From contig JAOZTG010000001.1 in assembly GCA_029939235.1 (NCBI GenBank), positions 1 to 60,654 of the forward strand: a stretch of DNA of 60,654 bases, written 5' to 3'. The notes below the pieces were generated by a model. The model saw nothing but the letters and a program-made list of their open reading frames with translations. It was not told the DNA's origin and did not search any database. Position numbers and translations under genes: made by a program. This document shows, piece after piece, positions 29,581 to 39,253 of the stretch (the first letter of the stretch is position 1; each line of letters begins with the position of its first letter). This DNA comes from Flavobacteriaceae bacterium (lineage in GTDB: Bacteria; Bacteroidota; Bacteroidia; Flavobacteriales; Flavobacteriaceae).

Positions 29581-30033
29581 ATGAAAAAAATATTTACAGT
29601 TTTAGTTTTAAGTTTATTAATGTTTGCCTGTAATGATAATGCAGCGAACAAAATTAAAAAAGAAAACTTAGAGTTGGCCAAAGAACGCGACAGTAAGATA
29701 AGACAGGGTGGGGCAAAAATCAAATTCGACAAAACAGAACATGATTTTGGAACGATCAACGAAGGAGATATTGTTGAAACCGTTTTTAAATTTACAAACA
29801 GTGGCAAGTCAGAATTAATTATAACTTCAGCAAAAGCCAGTTGCGGATGTACCATTCCGGAGTGGCCTAAAGAACCAATTATGCCAGGTAAATCGGGTGA
29901 AATCAAAGTTAAATTCAATTCAAAAAGAAAACCAAATTTACAAAATAAACAAATCACACTGGTAACCAATACCGATAATGGAAAAGAAATTGTTAGAATT
30001 AAGGCAATGGTTATCCCTAAAAAAAAGAGTTAA
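29581..30033 (+). CDS. DUF1573 domain lipoprotein
   Basis: Lipobox MFAC; HDFGTI, ASCGCT, PG-SGEI; start moved to ATG 29581 because the TTG lies inside a TATTTTTG box. Confidence 0.88.
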   Translation: MKKIFTVLVLSLLMFACNDNAANKIKKENLELAKERDSKIRQGGAKIKFDKTEHDFGTINEGDIVETVFKFTNSGKSELIITSAKASCGCTIPEWPKEPIMPGKSGEIKVKFNSKRKPNLQNKQITLVTNTDNGKEIVRIKAMVIPKKKS

Positions 30034-30053
30034 ATTAAAAAGCTAGAATTAAT

Positions 30054-30374
30054 ATGTATCAAATGATTTTTTTACAAGAAGGTAGTAATATTGGGAATAT
30101 GATTTTAATCCCATTAATGTTTTTGGTTCTGTATTTTTTTATGATCAGACCACAAATGCAAAAACAAAAGAAAGAGAAAAAATTCCAGACAACCATAAAA
30201 AAAGGATCTAGAGTTGTGATGACCAGCGGTATTCACGGTAAAATAGTTGACCTGATCGATAGTGATAATACTTGTGTTATTGAAACCAGTGCAGGTAAGA
30301 TCAAATTTGAAAGATCAGCGATCTCTATGGAATTAAGTAAAAAATATCTGCCAAAGGAAGTGAAAAAGAAGTAA
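30054..30374 (+). CDS. yajC: Preprotein translocase subunit YajC
   Basis: YFFMIRPQ, G-RVVMTSGIHGKI. Confidence 0.95.
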   Translation: MYQMIFLQEGSNIGNMILIPLMFLVLYFFMIRPQMQKQKKEKKFQTTIKKGSRVVMTSGIHGKIVDLIDSDNTCVIETSAGKIKFERSAISMELSKKYLPKEVKKK

Positions 30375-30416
30375 TACTTTTATTTTAAAATTTCTTTAAA
30401 GATTAAATCTTTTAGC

Positions 30417-30449
30417 AAAGAGTTCTTTTTATTAAGAGCTCTTTTTTTT
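30417..30449 (+). terminator. Intrinsic terminator after yajC
   Basis: AAAGAGTTCTT/AAGAGCTCTTT stem plus T-run. Confidence 0.7.
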
Positions 30450-30468
30450 ACTTTTATTAAAAAATTAG

Positions 30469-31437
30469 ATGATTCATAAAAAAGATAAAAATAGTACTGA
30501 TTCAGTAGTGAATAAAAAACGCTTAAGAGTTTTTTTATTATTTTTATTGCTATCACTGATTTTTTGGATGCTGATCAAACTTTCTAAGAATTACATTTCA
30601 GATGTAGAGATTAATCTGGCTTATACCGATATTCCACAAAATAAACTTCTACAAAATATTCCTGATCAAAAAATTAATTTGACAGTGAAGACTATTGGAT
30701 TTAAGCTTTTGAGTTATGGATTAAAAACAAGAACTTTAAATTATAGTTTGAATGATATTGAGCATAAAAAAAAATCTGATCTTTATTTTAGTTTGACCAA
30801 ATCAAAAATTAATTTTTTACAAGCCCAGTTATCTGCTGAGACCACGGTATTAAAAGTGAAACCCGATACATTATTTTTTGATCTTGGAGTTAAAAAATCA
30901 AAAAAAGTAAAAGTAATTTCTCATGTAAATCTTGAATTTAAACCTGGTTTTAATTTAACAAAGGAAAAAGTATTTACACCTTCAAATATCACAATTTCCG
31001 GCCCGAAAAAAGCGATTGACTCGATTGATGAGGTTCATACAGAAATATTGGAAATGAAGGATGTCTTTGAGCCATTTGAAAGAAAGATAAAATTAATTAA
31101 TCCATCCAAGTCTATTTCATTATCAACGGAAGAAATAACTGTAAAAGGAAAAGTTGAAAAAATAACGCAAGGAACATTTATTCTTCCTTACCGGATAATA
31201 AATTTGCCTAAAAAATATTTAATAAGTACTTATCCTAAAGAGGTGAAGGTTGTTTTTCAGGTAGCACTGAATGATTATAACAATATATCAGAGAATAGCT
31301 TTAAAATTCAATGTGATTATAAGCATTCGGAGGATAATAATTTGGAGTATTTGATTCCTAAAATTGTTGAAAAACCAGATGTGTTATTTGATGTGAAAGT
31401 AATACCCAATAAAATTGATTATCTAATTAAAAAATAA
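30469..31437 (+). CDS. YbbR/CdaR-like membrane-anchored protein
   Basis: Single N-terminal TM ending FW..L; repeated P--ITISGP beta domains; position before coaE. Confidence 0.75.
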   Translation: MIHKKDKNSTDSVVNKKRLRVFLLFLLLSLIFWMLIKLSKNYISDVEINLAYTDIPQNKLLQNIPDQKINLTVKTIGFKLLSYGLKTRTLNYSLNDIEHKKKSDLYFSLTKSKINFLQAQLSAETTVLKVKPDTLFFDLGVKKSKKVKVISHVNLEFKPGFNLTKEKVFTPSNITISGPKKAIDSIDEVHTEILEMKDVFEPFERKIKLINPSKSISLSTEEITVKGKVEKITQGTFILPYRIINLPKKYLISTYPKEVKVVFQVALNDYNNISENSFKIQCDYKHSEDNNLEYLIPKIVEKPDVLFDVKVIPNKIDYLIKK

Positions 31438-31440
31438 TTG

Positions 31441-32022
31441 ATGAAAACAGTTGGTTTAACAGGTGGTATTGGTAGTGGAAAAACAACCATTGCAAAAATG
31501 TTTGAAGAATTGGGAGTTCCATTATATTTTGCTGATGATGAGGCAAAAAAATTAATGAATTCGAATGATAAAATACAAAAGAAGTTAATCGATTTATTTG
31601 GTAAAGAGACATATAAGAACGGGGAATTGAATCGGGAATTTATAGCAGGTATTGTTTTTAATGATAAAGATAAATTAAACAAGATCAATTCAATTGTTCA
31701 CCCTGAAGTAGAAAAGCATTTTAAAAACTGGGTAGAAGATCAAAATTCAAAATATGTAATTCAGGAAAATGCAATTATTTTTGAAAGTGGAGCACAAGAT
31801 AGATTTAACTATATCATTACTGTTACTGCTCCGGTCGATGTAAAAATAGATAGGGTTAGGAAGAGAGACCATATTTCAAAAGAAAAAGTATTAGAAAGAA
31901 TGAATAATCAACTAGACGATGATTATAAAATAAAAAACTCTTTTTTTGTTATAAATAATTTGATTTTGGAGGATAGCAAAAAGGAAGTGAATAAAATTCA
32001 TAAATTTTTACTAAGTAGCTAA
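31441..32022 (+). CDS. coaE: Dephospho-CoA kinase
   Basis: GLTGGIGSGKT, IVHP, RVRKRD. Confidence 0.96.
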   Translation: MKTVGLTGGIGSGKTTIAKMFEELGVPLYFADDEAKKLMNSNDKIQKKLIDLFGKETYKNGELNREFIAGIVFNDKDKLNKINSIVHPEVEKHFKNWVEDQNSKYVIQENAIIFESGAQDRFNYIITVTAPVDVKIDRVRKRDHISKEKVLERMNNQLDDDYKIKNSFFVINNLILEDSKKEVNKIHKFLLSS

Positions 32023-32122
32023 ACACTTCGCATATCTTAAATATTTGTTAAATTAATCGAAATGTTCGTTAACATTTGTTAAAATAATGCAAATAACCTA
32101 AAGATATTCTAAATTTGTTGTG

Positions 32123-33688
32123 ATGAATAAACGGATTTTTGTATTATTAGTTGTTTTAATGGGAGTAGCCTTGATGGGCATCATTGCGATACAGATTTTT
32201 TGGATTAGATCGTCAATTGAAATGCGTGAAGAACAGTTTTCAACAAATGTAAGATTTGCACTATCTGAAGTTTCTGAAAACATTAGAAAAAGAGAATTGA
32301 GAGATAATGTTGTTAAATTATCTCCGATGCTTGACAGTTTGCAAAAATCAAATAAAGCAAATGTGAAGGAGTTCTTTTTTAAGCAGGTTGATACTATAAA
32401 GAATGAAATATTCACATTTCGTCAAAGTATTTTAGAAAATAGTTATAAATCTCAGATTTCACCTTTTGATGTTGATACTTTAAGCTTTAAAACACTTTTA
32501 AGTAAGGAAGAAACTCAAATAGAAAAAATTGAATTTGACTCTAAAGATTTTACAGATTTGTCGCCAAAAGACAGAATGGTGAAGATTGGAAGATTAGATA
32601 AGTATGACAAATTGGTATTTGATAATTATTTTAAAAATGTAATATCGAGAACACCAATCTATGATAGAGTAAGTAATAATGAAATCAGATTAAATTTAGA
32701 TAATGAATTAAGGGCACGAAAAATTACAACTCCGTTTGAATATGGTGTTTATGATGGTGATTTAATAACAAAAGTAAAGTCACGGAGGTTTAAAGAAAAA
32801 AGAGGTTATACATATAAAGTTCCTTTATTTTTAAATAAAGATGGTAATAGTGATTATGACCTGTATGTAAGTTTTCCGAAGAAAAAGAGCTATATTTTAG
32901 CTACAATATCAAAAATATTGATGGTTTCGGCTCTGTTTGTTTTGATATTAATCGTTGCTTTTGGTAGTGCCTTATATCAAATAATAGAACAAAAAAAATT
33001 ATCTGAGATCAAAACAGATTTTATCAATAATATGACACATGAGTTTAAAACACCAATTGCCACCATAAATTTGGCAGTTGACTCAATTAAAAATCCGAAA
33101 ATTATTAATGATAAAGAAAAAGTTATTCGATATGCCAATATGATCAAGCATGAGAATAAACGAATGCATGCACAGGTTGAGAATGTTTTGCAAATTTCAA
33201 AATTAGAAAAGAATCAGCTTGATCTTAGAATGGATGTAGTTGATGTGCATGAATTGATCGAAGAGGCAATCATACATGTAGATCTTATCATTGCTGATCG
33301 AAATGGTTATGTAAAAAACCATTTTGAAGCAAGTTTAGATGAAGTTATGGGAAGTCAGTTCCATTTGTTAAATGTATTTACTAATATATTAGACAATGCA
33401 ATTAAATATAGTGAAGGCGAACCAAAAATTGATATTTACACTGAAAATGCAGGAAATAATGTTATTATTAAGTTTACTGACCAGGGAATTGGAATGAACA
33501 GGCAAAATCAAAGAAAAGTATTTAATAAGTTTTATAGAGAACAAACAGGAAATATACATAATGTAAAAGGTCACGGACTTGGATTATCTTACGTAAAAAG
33601 TATCATCGAAAAGCACAATGGTAGTATTTTTGTTGAGAGTGAGAAAGGAAAAGGAAGTACTTTCATTGTTAAATTACCACTAATTTAA
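32123..33688 (+). CDS. Sensor histidine kinase, RprX-like
   Basis: Two TMs, FINNMTHEFKTP H-box, NILDNAIKY, DQGIG, GHGLGL. Confidence 0.92.
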   Translation: MNKRIFVLLVVLMGVALMGIIAIQIFWIRSSIEMREEQFSTNVRFALSEVSENIRKRELRDNVVKLSPMLDSLQKSNKANVKEFFFKQVDTIKNEIFTFRQSILENSYKSQISPFDVDTLSFKTLLSKEETQIEKIEFDSKDFTDLSPKDRMVKIGRLDKYDKLVFDNYFKNVISRTPIYDRVSNNEIRLNLDNELRARKITTPFEYGVYDGDLITKVKSRRFKEKRGYTYKVPLFLNKDGNSDYDLYVSFPKKKSYILATISKILMVSALFVLILIVAFGSALYQIIEQKKLSEIKTDFINNMTHEFKTPIATINLAVDSIKNPKIINDKEKVIRYANMIKHENKRMHAQVENVLQISKLEKNQLDLRMDVVDVHELIEEAIIHVDLIIADRNGYVKNHFEASLDEVMGSQFHLLNVFTNILDNAIKYSEGEPKIDIYTENAGNNVIIKFTDQGIGMNRQNQRKVFNKFYREQTGNIHNVKGHGLGLSYVKSIIEKHNGSIFVESEKGKGSTFIVKLPLI

Positions 33689-33698
33689 ATTAATTATT

Positions 33699-34397
33699 AT
33701 GGCAAATAAAAAAATATTATTAGTAGAAGATGATCCAAATTTTGGAACTGTATTAAAAGATTATTTAGCATTGAATGACTACGATGTTACACATGCAAAA
33801 GACGGACTTGAGGGTTTGATATCATTTAAGAATGATGAATTTGACATTTGTATTTTAGACGTCATGATGCCTAAGAAAGATGGATTTTCTTTAGCAAAAG
33901 ATATAAGAGGAATAAACAATGAAATACCTTTGATCTTTCTAACAGCTAAATCAATGAAAGAAGATGTGTTAAAGGGTTATCAGGTTGGGGCAGATGATTA
34001 TTTAAATAAGCCATTTGATTCAGAAGTATTGCTTTTAAAATTAAAGGCAATATTACAGCGTAAAGCAATTGATTCTTCTGCAGAAGATAATCAGTTTGAA
34101 TTTGAAATAGGAGGTTTTCATTTGAATTCAAAATTACGACAGTTATCTTTTGAAGGTGGAGAACCATCAAAATTATCTCCGAAAGAAAATAAATTATTGA
34201 AGCTTCTGGCAATTTATAAAAACGATCTTCTGCCAAGAGAGTTGGCTTTGACAAAAATATGGCATGACGATAATTATTTTACATCCAGAAGTATGGATGT
34301 TTATATTGCAAAATTGCGTAAATATTTAAAACCTGATGAAAAAGTAGAAATTATTAACATACATGGTGAAGGTTTCAGATTAGTAGTTGATGAATAA
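33699..34397 (+). CDS. rprY: OmpR-family response regulator, RprY-like
   Basis: LLVEDD, LDVMMPKKDG, FLTAK, KIWHDDNYFTSRSMDVYIAKLRK. Confidence 0.88.
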   Translation: MANKKILLVEDDPNFGTVLKDYLALNDYDVTHAKDGLEGLISFKNDEFDICILDVMMPKKDGFSLAKDIRGINNEIPLIFLTAKSMKEDVLKGYQVGADDYLNKPFDSEVLLLKLKAILQRKAIDSSAEDNQFEFEIGGFHLNSKLRQLSFEGGEPSKLSPKENKLLKLLAIYKNDLLPRELALTKIWHDDNYFTSRSMDVYIAKLRKYLKPDEKVEIINIHGEGFRLVVDE

Positions 34398-34420
34398 TAA
34401 TATTTTTCACTTGTGTGCAT

Positions 34421-34462
34421 AAAAAAAGAACTGTTTAGCTAATTGCAAACAGTTCTTTTTTT
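34421..34462 (+). terminator. Intrinsic (bidirectional-type) terminator
   Basis: A7-GAACTGTTT / AAACAGTTC-T7. Confidence 0.85.
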
Positions 34463-34495
34463 ATCATTATCTTTAATCAAATTTTTAAGAGGTTT

Positions 34496-35116
34496 ATGTC
34501 ACAGTATATCAAAATTTACAATAAAAACCCCAATTCAAAAGAAATTGATAAGGCAGTAAAAGTATTAAAGAATGGTGGTTTGGTTATTTACCCAACGGAT
34601 ACGGTTTATGGATTAGGTTGTGATATTACAAATACAAAAGCTCTTGAGAAAATTGCAAGAATAAAAGGAGTGAAACTGGCAAAAGCAAATTTTTCGTTTA
34701 TTTGTTTCGATCTTAGTAATTTATCAGCATATGTAAAGCAAATTGATACGCCCACTTATAAAATATTAAAAAGAGCATTGCCAGGTGCTTATACATTTAT
34801 TTTAAATGGAAACAATAACTTACCTAAATCCTTTAAAAAGAGAAAGACTGTAGGGATAAGGGTGCCTGATAATAATATAATAAGAGAAATTGTAAAAGAA
34901 TTAGGTAATCCAATTGTTTCAACATCTATTTATGATGAGGATGATGTAATTGAATATACAACTGATCCGGAATTAATTTATGAAAAGTGGAAGAATACTG
35001 TTGATCTGGTTATTGATGGGGGATATGGTGATAACCTGGCATCAACTGTGATAGATCTGAGTCAGGATGAAATCCAGATCATAAGAGAAGGTAAAGGAGA
35101 TTTGGATATTATTTAA
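34496..35116 (+). CDS. Sua5/YciO/YrdC family protein (YciO-like)
   Basis: YPTDTVYGLGC, LPGAYTFIL, VGIRVP, PIVSTS. Confidence 0.92.
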   Translation: MSQYIKIYNKNPNSKEIDKAVKVLKNGGLVIYPTDTVYGLGCDITNTKALEKIARIKGVKLAKANFSFICFDLSNLSAYVKQIDTPTYKILKRALPGAYTFILNGNNNLPKSFKKRKTVGIRVPDNNIIREIVKELGNPIVSTSIYDEDDVIEYTTDPELIYEKWKNTVDLVIDGGYGDNLASTVIDLSQDEIQIIREGKGDLDII

Positions 35117-35141
35117 TAATCTCCTATTTGTAACTTATCTT

Positions 35142-35756
35142 TTACTCATTTTTAAGAAGCTCTTTGTAATTTCTGTTTAATTTTCTTAAAAAGAAACCAT
35201 ATATAATTTTATAAACACCCCAAAATAAGAATAATACAAATGTAAAAATAGTAATTGCTATAGCCCATACTGCAATCATATTAGTGTTCTCTGGTAACTT
35301 CTCAATAAACAGAGGAGAGTTAAAAACTTTATAAAAAACATGAAGGCCAATTATTGCTGCTAAGGTTATATTTGTGTTTATATAATATTTAACAGTTTTC
35401 CTTGTTTGTATAATGCTGTGTAACATCCCTTTAACACTGCTATTAACGCATATATTTTTGTAATTTTTATAGAAATAGTAAATAAAACCGATAATAATAA
35501 TAACATATATTACTGTGTAAATTGTCATTACCCCATTTAAATCATAATTGTCGTATAATTTTTTTGAAGCTGAATTATCAGTAAATAAAATAATTAAATT
35601 AGGTAGTGTAAATTCAATAATACTAACGATCAGGATCCATTTTACAACAGAAGATGATTTTTTTTGTATCATACCGAAAATATCACTTTTTGTGAATTTT
35701 AAGGTAGATTCATCTTGATCTTGCCAAACTCCTTTTAACTTTTCTAAATGGTCCAT
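35142..35756 (-). CDS. Four-TM membrane protein, candidate anti-sigma factor
   Basis: MDHLEKLKGVWQ start and four hydrophobic segments, 3 nt downstream of the ECF sigma. Confidence 0.65.
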   Translation of the reverse strand: MDHLEKLKGVWQDQDESTLKFTKSDIFGMIQKKSSSVVKWILIVSIIEFTLPNLIILFTDNSASKKLYDNYDLNGVMTIYTVIYVIIIIGFIYYFYKNYKNICVNSSVKGMLHSIIQTRKTVKYYINTNITLAAIIGLHVFYKVFNSPLFIEKLPENTNMIAVWAIAITIFTFVLFLFWGVYKIIYGFFLRKLNRNYKELLKNE

Positions 35757-35759
35757 TAT

Positions 35760-36254
35760 TTATGGATTTAAAATGTTTTTCAATTTTGTTTTTGTCCGGT
35801 TCATTTTTACTCTTGCATTTACTTCGCTAATCCCCAGAGTAATTGCTATTTCTTTATAACTTTTATCTTCTAAATATAAAAGAGCCAGTGCCTTCTCAAT
35901 ATCATTCAAGCTGTGTATAGCTTTGTATAACAATTTTAATTGATTGTCTTTTGATGCATCGTAATCCTGATACTCCAGTTCTTTTAAATTATCATAGATC
36001 TGGGTTGTTTCAATACTTCTTTTTGATTTTCTATACAATGAAATTGCGGTATTGAATGAAACACGATACATCCAGGTACTAAATTTAGAATCTCCTCTAA
36101 ATTTTGGGTAGGCTTTCCAAAGCTGAATTGTTATTTCTTGAAATAGATCTTTATGTGCGGCATCATTATTTGTATATGTTCTACAAACTTTATGAATGAT
36201 ACCTTGATTTCTTTCTAATTCTGCAGCAAATTTATTTTCCAGTTCTTTGGTCAC
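35760..36254 (-). CDS. ECF RNA polymerase sigma factor
   Basis: DLFQEI, FSTWMYRV region 2; SYKEIA-TLGIS region 4. Confidence 0.95.
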   Translation of the reverse strand: MTKELENKFAAELERNQGIIHKVCRTYTNNDAAHKDLFQEITIQLWKAYPKFRGDSKFSTWMYRVSFNTAISLYRKSKRSIETTQIYDNLKELEYQDYDASKDNQLKLLYKAIHSLNDIEKALALLYLEDKSYKEIAITLGISEVNARVKMNRTKTKLKNILNP

Positions 36255-36276
36255 TTTGTTAGCTGATTTAGTTATT

Positions 36277-36303
36277 AGTAGTTATAATAGAAGGATTGTT
36301 ACA
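36277..36303 (-). promoter_or_regulatory. Candidate ECF autoregulatory promoter TGTAAC-N16-CTACT
   Basis: AAC-containing -35 element with a 16-nt spacer directly upstream of the sigma gene. Confidence 0.45.
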
Positions 36304-36305
36304 GT

Positions 36306-36494
36306 TTAGAAAATAAAAACTTCTTCAATGTTTAGGTTAAAGATTTTAGATATGTCATATGCTAATTTTAAAGAAGGGTTATATTTTCCTTTTTCTAAAA
36401 AAACAATGGTTTCTCTTCTTACATCTACTTTTTTAGCAAGATCAAGTTGTGTAAGATTACGAGTAGCTCTTAATTCTTTAATTCGATTGTCCAT
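36306..36494 (-). CDS. XRE/Cro-family HTH regulator
   Basis: NRIKELR...[32 protein letters not shown]. Confidence 0.93.
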   Translation of the reverse strand: MDNRIKELRATRNLTQLDLAKKVDVRRETIVFLEKGKYNPSLKLAYDISKIFNLNIEEVFIF

Positions 36495-36505
36495 TGATAT
36501 TTTCT

Positions 36506-36901
36506 TTAATTCAATTTCATTCTTCTTGCATAGTAGTATGCCCAGGACCCCACAAATATGAATGCCATCCCAATGATACCGTAACCAATTAGTTGTTCTG
36601 TTTCAAGATTTAATCTATTGCTAAAGTAGCTAAGCAAAAGCCATAGGTACAAGGAAATATAATAAGATAAGGAAGAAGATTTTTGTAAAATTAGCTTTGA
36701 TAACTCATCTTCTGCTGGTTCGCCGTTTCTCTTACTTTTAATGCGTCTGAATAATCCCCACGATCCTATTACAACAATTAATACTAGAACAAATGCTGAT
36801 TCCAAAAAATTGTAGTTTGTTATGGTTTCTGGTGTTAAGAAAATCCAAATTCCAACTAAAATGATAACGACCAAAATAAAAACAATAATTAATTTTTTCA
36901 T
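36506..36901 (-). CDS. Small four-TM membrane protein (DUF2178-like XRE partner)
   Basis: Hydrophobic segments around [17 protein letters not shown]; co-oriented upstream of the XRE gene. Confidence 0.65.
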   Translation of the reverse strand: MKKLIIVFILVVIILVGIWIFLTPETITNYNFLESAFVLVLIVVIGSWGLFRRIKSKRNGEPAEDELSKLILQKSSSLSYYISLYLWLLLSYFSNRLNLETEQLIGYGIIGMAFIFVGSWAYYYARRMKLN

Positions 36902-36910
36902 TTGACAATA

Positions 36911-36961
36911 TTTACATGTTATATAATTCTAACACAAAGTTAGAAAAACATAACATGTAAA
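36911..36961. promoter_or_regulatory. Double palindromic operator (2x GTTA-N8-TAAC)
   Basis: 51-bp inverted repeat with 20 of 23 arm positions paired; sub-sites at 36918-36933 and 36939-36954. Confidence 0.65.
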
Positions 36962-36982
36962 ACAAATTTTTGTAAAAAAAAA

Positions 36983-37012
36983 TCAATTCATCCGTGAAGA
37001 ATGACAATTCAG
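36983..37012 (+). promoter_or_regulatory. Candidate LytTR direct-repeat box
   Basis: CAATTCA at 36984 and 37005, 21 bp apart, upstream of an operon ending in a LytTR regulator. Confidence 0.6.
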
Positions 37013-37090
37013 TAAAGTATTATTTAAAAACAGAAGGATTAGTAAGACTTTTGAATCATAAAACAATTATTAACCTTAAAAATTTAAAAA

Positions 37091-37543
37091 ATGGTAAGAA
37101 TTTTAATTACACTGGTGGTTTACCTGGTAAGTATCATCGGACATGCGCAAACGAACAAAGCTGATGTCTCAGGCACAGTAGAAGGTGGTGAGTTAAAAGT
37201 AAGTGTTGAAATAAATAAGATTGGATCTGATAATGGTAAGGTTCATTTTGCTATTTATGATTCTGAAAACAATTTTGCAAACAAAAAGCCACTGGATGGA
37301 GCAAGAAAAATAGTTAAAAATGGTAAAGTTGAGGTGATTTTTGATCATTTGAAGCCTGGGGTTTATGCAATTACATGTTATCATGATGCAAATAATAATG
37401 ATAAAATGGATTTTGAAACAAATGGAATGCCACTGGAAGATTATGGTGCAACTAATAATGTTATGAATTATGGACCACCAAGATTTAGTGATGCTAAATT
37501 TGAATTGAAAAATAAAGACCTTACATTTGAGATTAAATTTTAA
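37091..37543 (+). CDS. DUF2141 family exported protein
   Basis: Signal peptide; G-YAI--YHDANNN-KMD----GMPLEDYG--NN, GPP-F. Confidence 0.88.
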   Translation: MVRILITLVVYLVSIIGHAQTNKADVSGTVEGGELKVSVEINKIGSDNGKVHFAIYDSENNFANKKPLDGARKIVKNGKVEVIFDHLKPGVYAITCYHDANNNDKMDFETNGMPLEDYGATNNVMNYGPPRFSDAKFELKNKDLTFEIKF

Positions 37544-37560
37544 TAATCAGATCAAAAAAA

Positions 37561-38874
37561 ATGAATACTACTGCTAAAAGTATAATGATCGTTTTTATCA
37601 TTGGAGTCATCATATTTGTAATTGGAAATGCACTTTATGGTCAGTTTCAGTTCGATAGTTTCAATGATTTCGTAATCAACTTCAGTTTTTACCAATTGTA
37701 TTCGTTTGTGATCGGGCTTTCAAATATTACATATTTTTCCTATTTGGAAAAACAAAAATGGGAAAAAAATGAAAGAATAAAAAGGATTGTTATTGGTATA
37801 GTTGGTTCCATTGTAATAACTCTTTTAGGCCTATTTGTTTTGCGAATGCTGTCTGAAATGACAATGAATGACAAAACTTTAGCTGAATTCATTGCAAATG
37901 AAAGTTATAGAAACTATCAATTTGGATTGTGGGTAACCATGTCAGTAGTTGTTACTTTTCATATTGTTTATTATTATAATAGATACCAGCAAAAGAGAGT
38001 AAAGGAATCTCAAATTGTTGCCAAAACAGAATCGGCAAAATTCGAATCTCTTAAAAATCAATTAGATCCTCATTTTTTATTCAATAGTTTGAATGTGCTG
38101 ACAGCTCTGATAGGGGAGGACCCAATCCAGGCAGAAAAATTCACCACAAAATTATCAAAAGTATATCGATATGTATTGCAGCAAAAAGATAAAGATTTAA
38201 TTCCTTTAGAGGATGAGCTAAAGTTTGCGAAATCTTATATGGAATTGCTTAATATGCGTTTTGAAGGTGGAATAGTGTTTAGTATTCCGGAAACGGTAAG
38301 TGATTTGGATCTAAAAATTGTTCCCTTATCTTTACAATTATTATTGGAAAATGCTGTAAAACACAATGTAATTTCATCAGATAATCCATTGAATATCAAG
38401 ATATATGAAGAGAATGGTTTCTTAGCCATAGAAAATAATATCAACTTAAAAGAATCGCTTGGAAAAAGTACCAAGGTTGGACTAAAGAACATAATTCAAC
38501 GATATAGTTTGATTACAGATCAAACCGTTGAAATAACAAACAAAAATCAAAAATTTAAGGTAAAGCTACCTTTATTAACACAAAAAATAAATATTATGAA
38601 AACAGATTATTTGAACGATAGCAATAAATACATTAGAGCAAAGAAACGTGTAGATGAATTAAAAGGATTCTATGGTAATATAATAGCATATTGTGTTGTT
38701 ATTCCATTTTTGATATTTGTAAATTATCAGACTAGCTGGGAGTATAAATGGTTTTGGTTTCCCATGTTTGGATGGGGATTAGGTGTAGTGATCCAGGCTT
38801 TTACGGTTTTTGGTTATGGTTCTGATTGGGAAGAACGTAAAATAAGAGAAATTATGAACAAAGATGAAAATTAA
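37561..38874 (+). CDS. LytS-type histidine kinase fused to a C-terminal 2TM domain
   Basis: Four N-terminal TMs, LKNQLDPHFLFNSLN, LLENAVKHN, then AKKRV--LKGFY...WG-G...WEERKI. Confidence 0.88.
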   Translation: MNTTAKSIMIVFIIGVIIFVIGNALYGQFQFDSFNDFVINFSFYQLYSFVIGLSNITYFSYLEKQKWEKNERIKRIVIGIVGSIVITLLGLFVLRMLSEMTMNDKTLAEFIANESYRNYQFGLWVTMSVVVTFHIVYYYNRYQQKRVKESQIVAKTESAKFESLKNQLDPHFLFNSLNVLTALIGEDPIQAEKFTTKLSKVYRYVLQQKDKDLIPLEDELKFAKSYMELLNMRFEGGIVFSIPETVSDLDLKIVPLSLQLLLENAVKHNVISSDNPLNIKIYEENGFLAIENNINLKESLGKSTKVGLKNIIQRYSLITDQTVEITNKNQKFKVKLPLLTQKINIMKTDYLNDSNKYIRAKKRVDELKGFYGNIIAYCVVIPFLIFVNYQTSWEYKWFWFPMFGWGLGVVIQAFTVFGYGSDWEERKIREIMNKDEN

Positions 38875-38878
38875 TAAG

Positions 38879-39202
38879 ATGGAAAATAATTATAACGAAG
38901 AGAAACGCTATTTACGAGCAAAAAAGAGAGTAAAAGAAATACAAGGATTCTATTGGCATTTGTTTTGGTATTTGGCAGTGAATTTGTTTCTTACTTTTGG
39001 CAGCTCCATAAGTAGTTTGTTTAATGGAGAATCCTTTGATATGCATCAATTTCATTGGGGTACATTTTCAGTTTGGTTTTTTTGGGGAATTGGATTAGCA
39101 GCACATTGGGCTCGGGTTTTTGGCAAAAATATAATTTTTTCAAAAGATTGGGAAGAACGTAAGATCAAAGAAATCATGGATAAGGACAGAAGTGAGTTTT
39201 GA
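38879..39202 (+). CDS. 2TM domain protein
   Basis: RAKKRVKEIQGFYWH...WGIGLAAH...WEERKIKEIM; start probably ATG 38879. Confidence 0.87.
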   Translation: MENNYNEEKRYLRAKKRVKEIQGFYWHLFWYLAVNLFLTFGSSISSLFNGESFDMHQFHWGTFSVWFFWGIGLAAHWARVFGKNIIFSKDWEERKIKEIMDKDRSEF

Positions 39203-39253
39203 GAATAAAAAACAGAAATGTAATTTTACTTAGGATAAAATATATTTAGTGAG

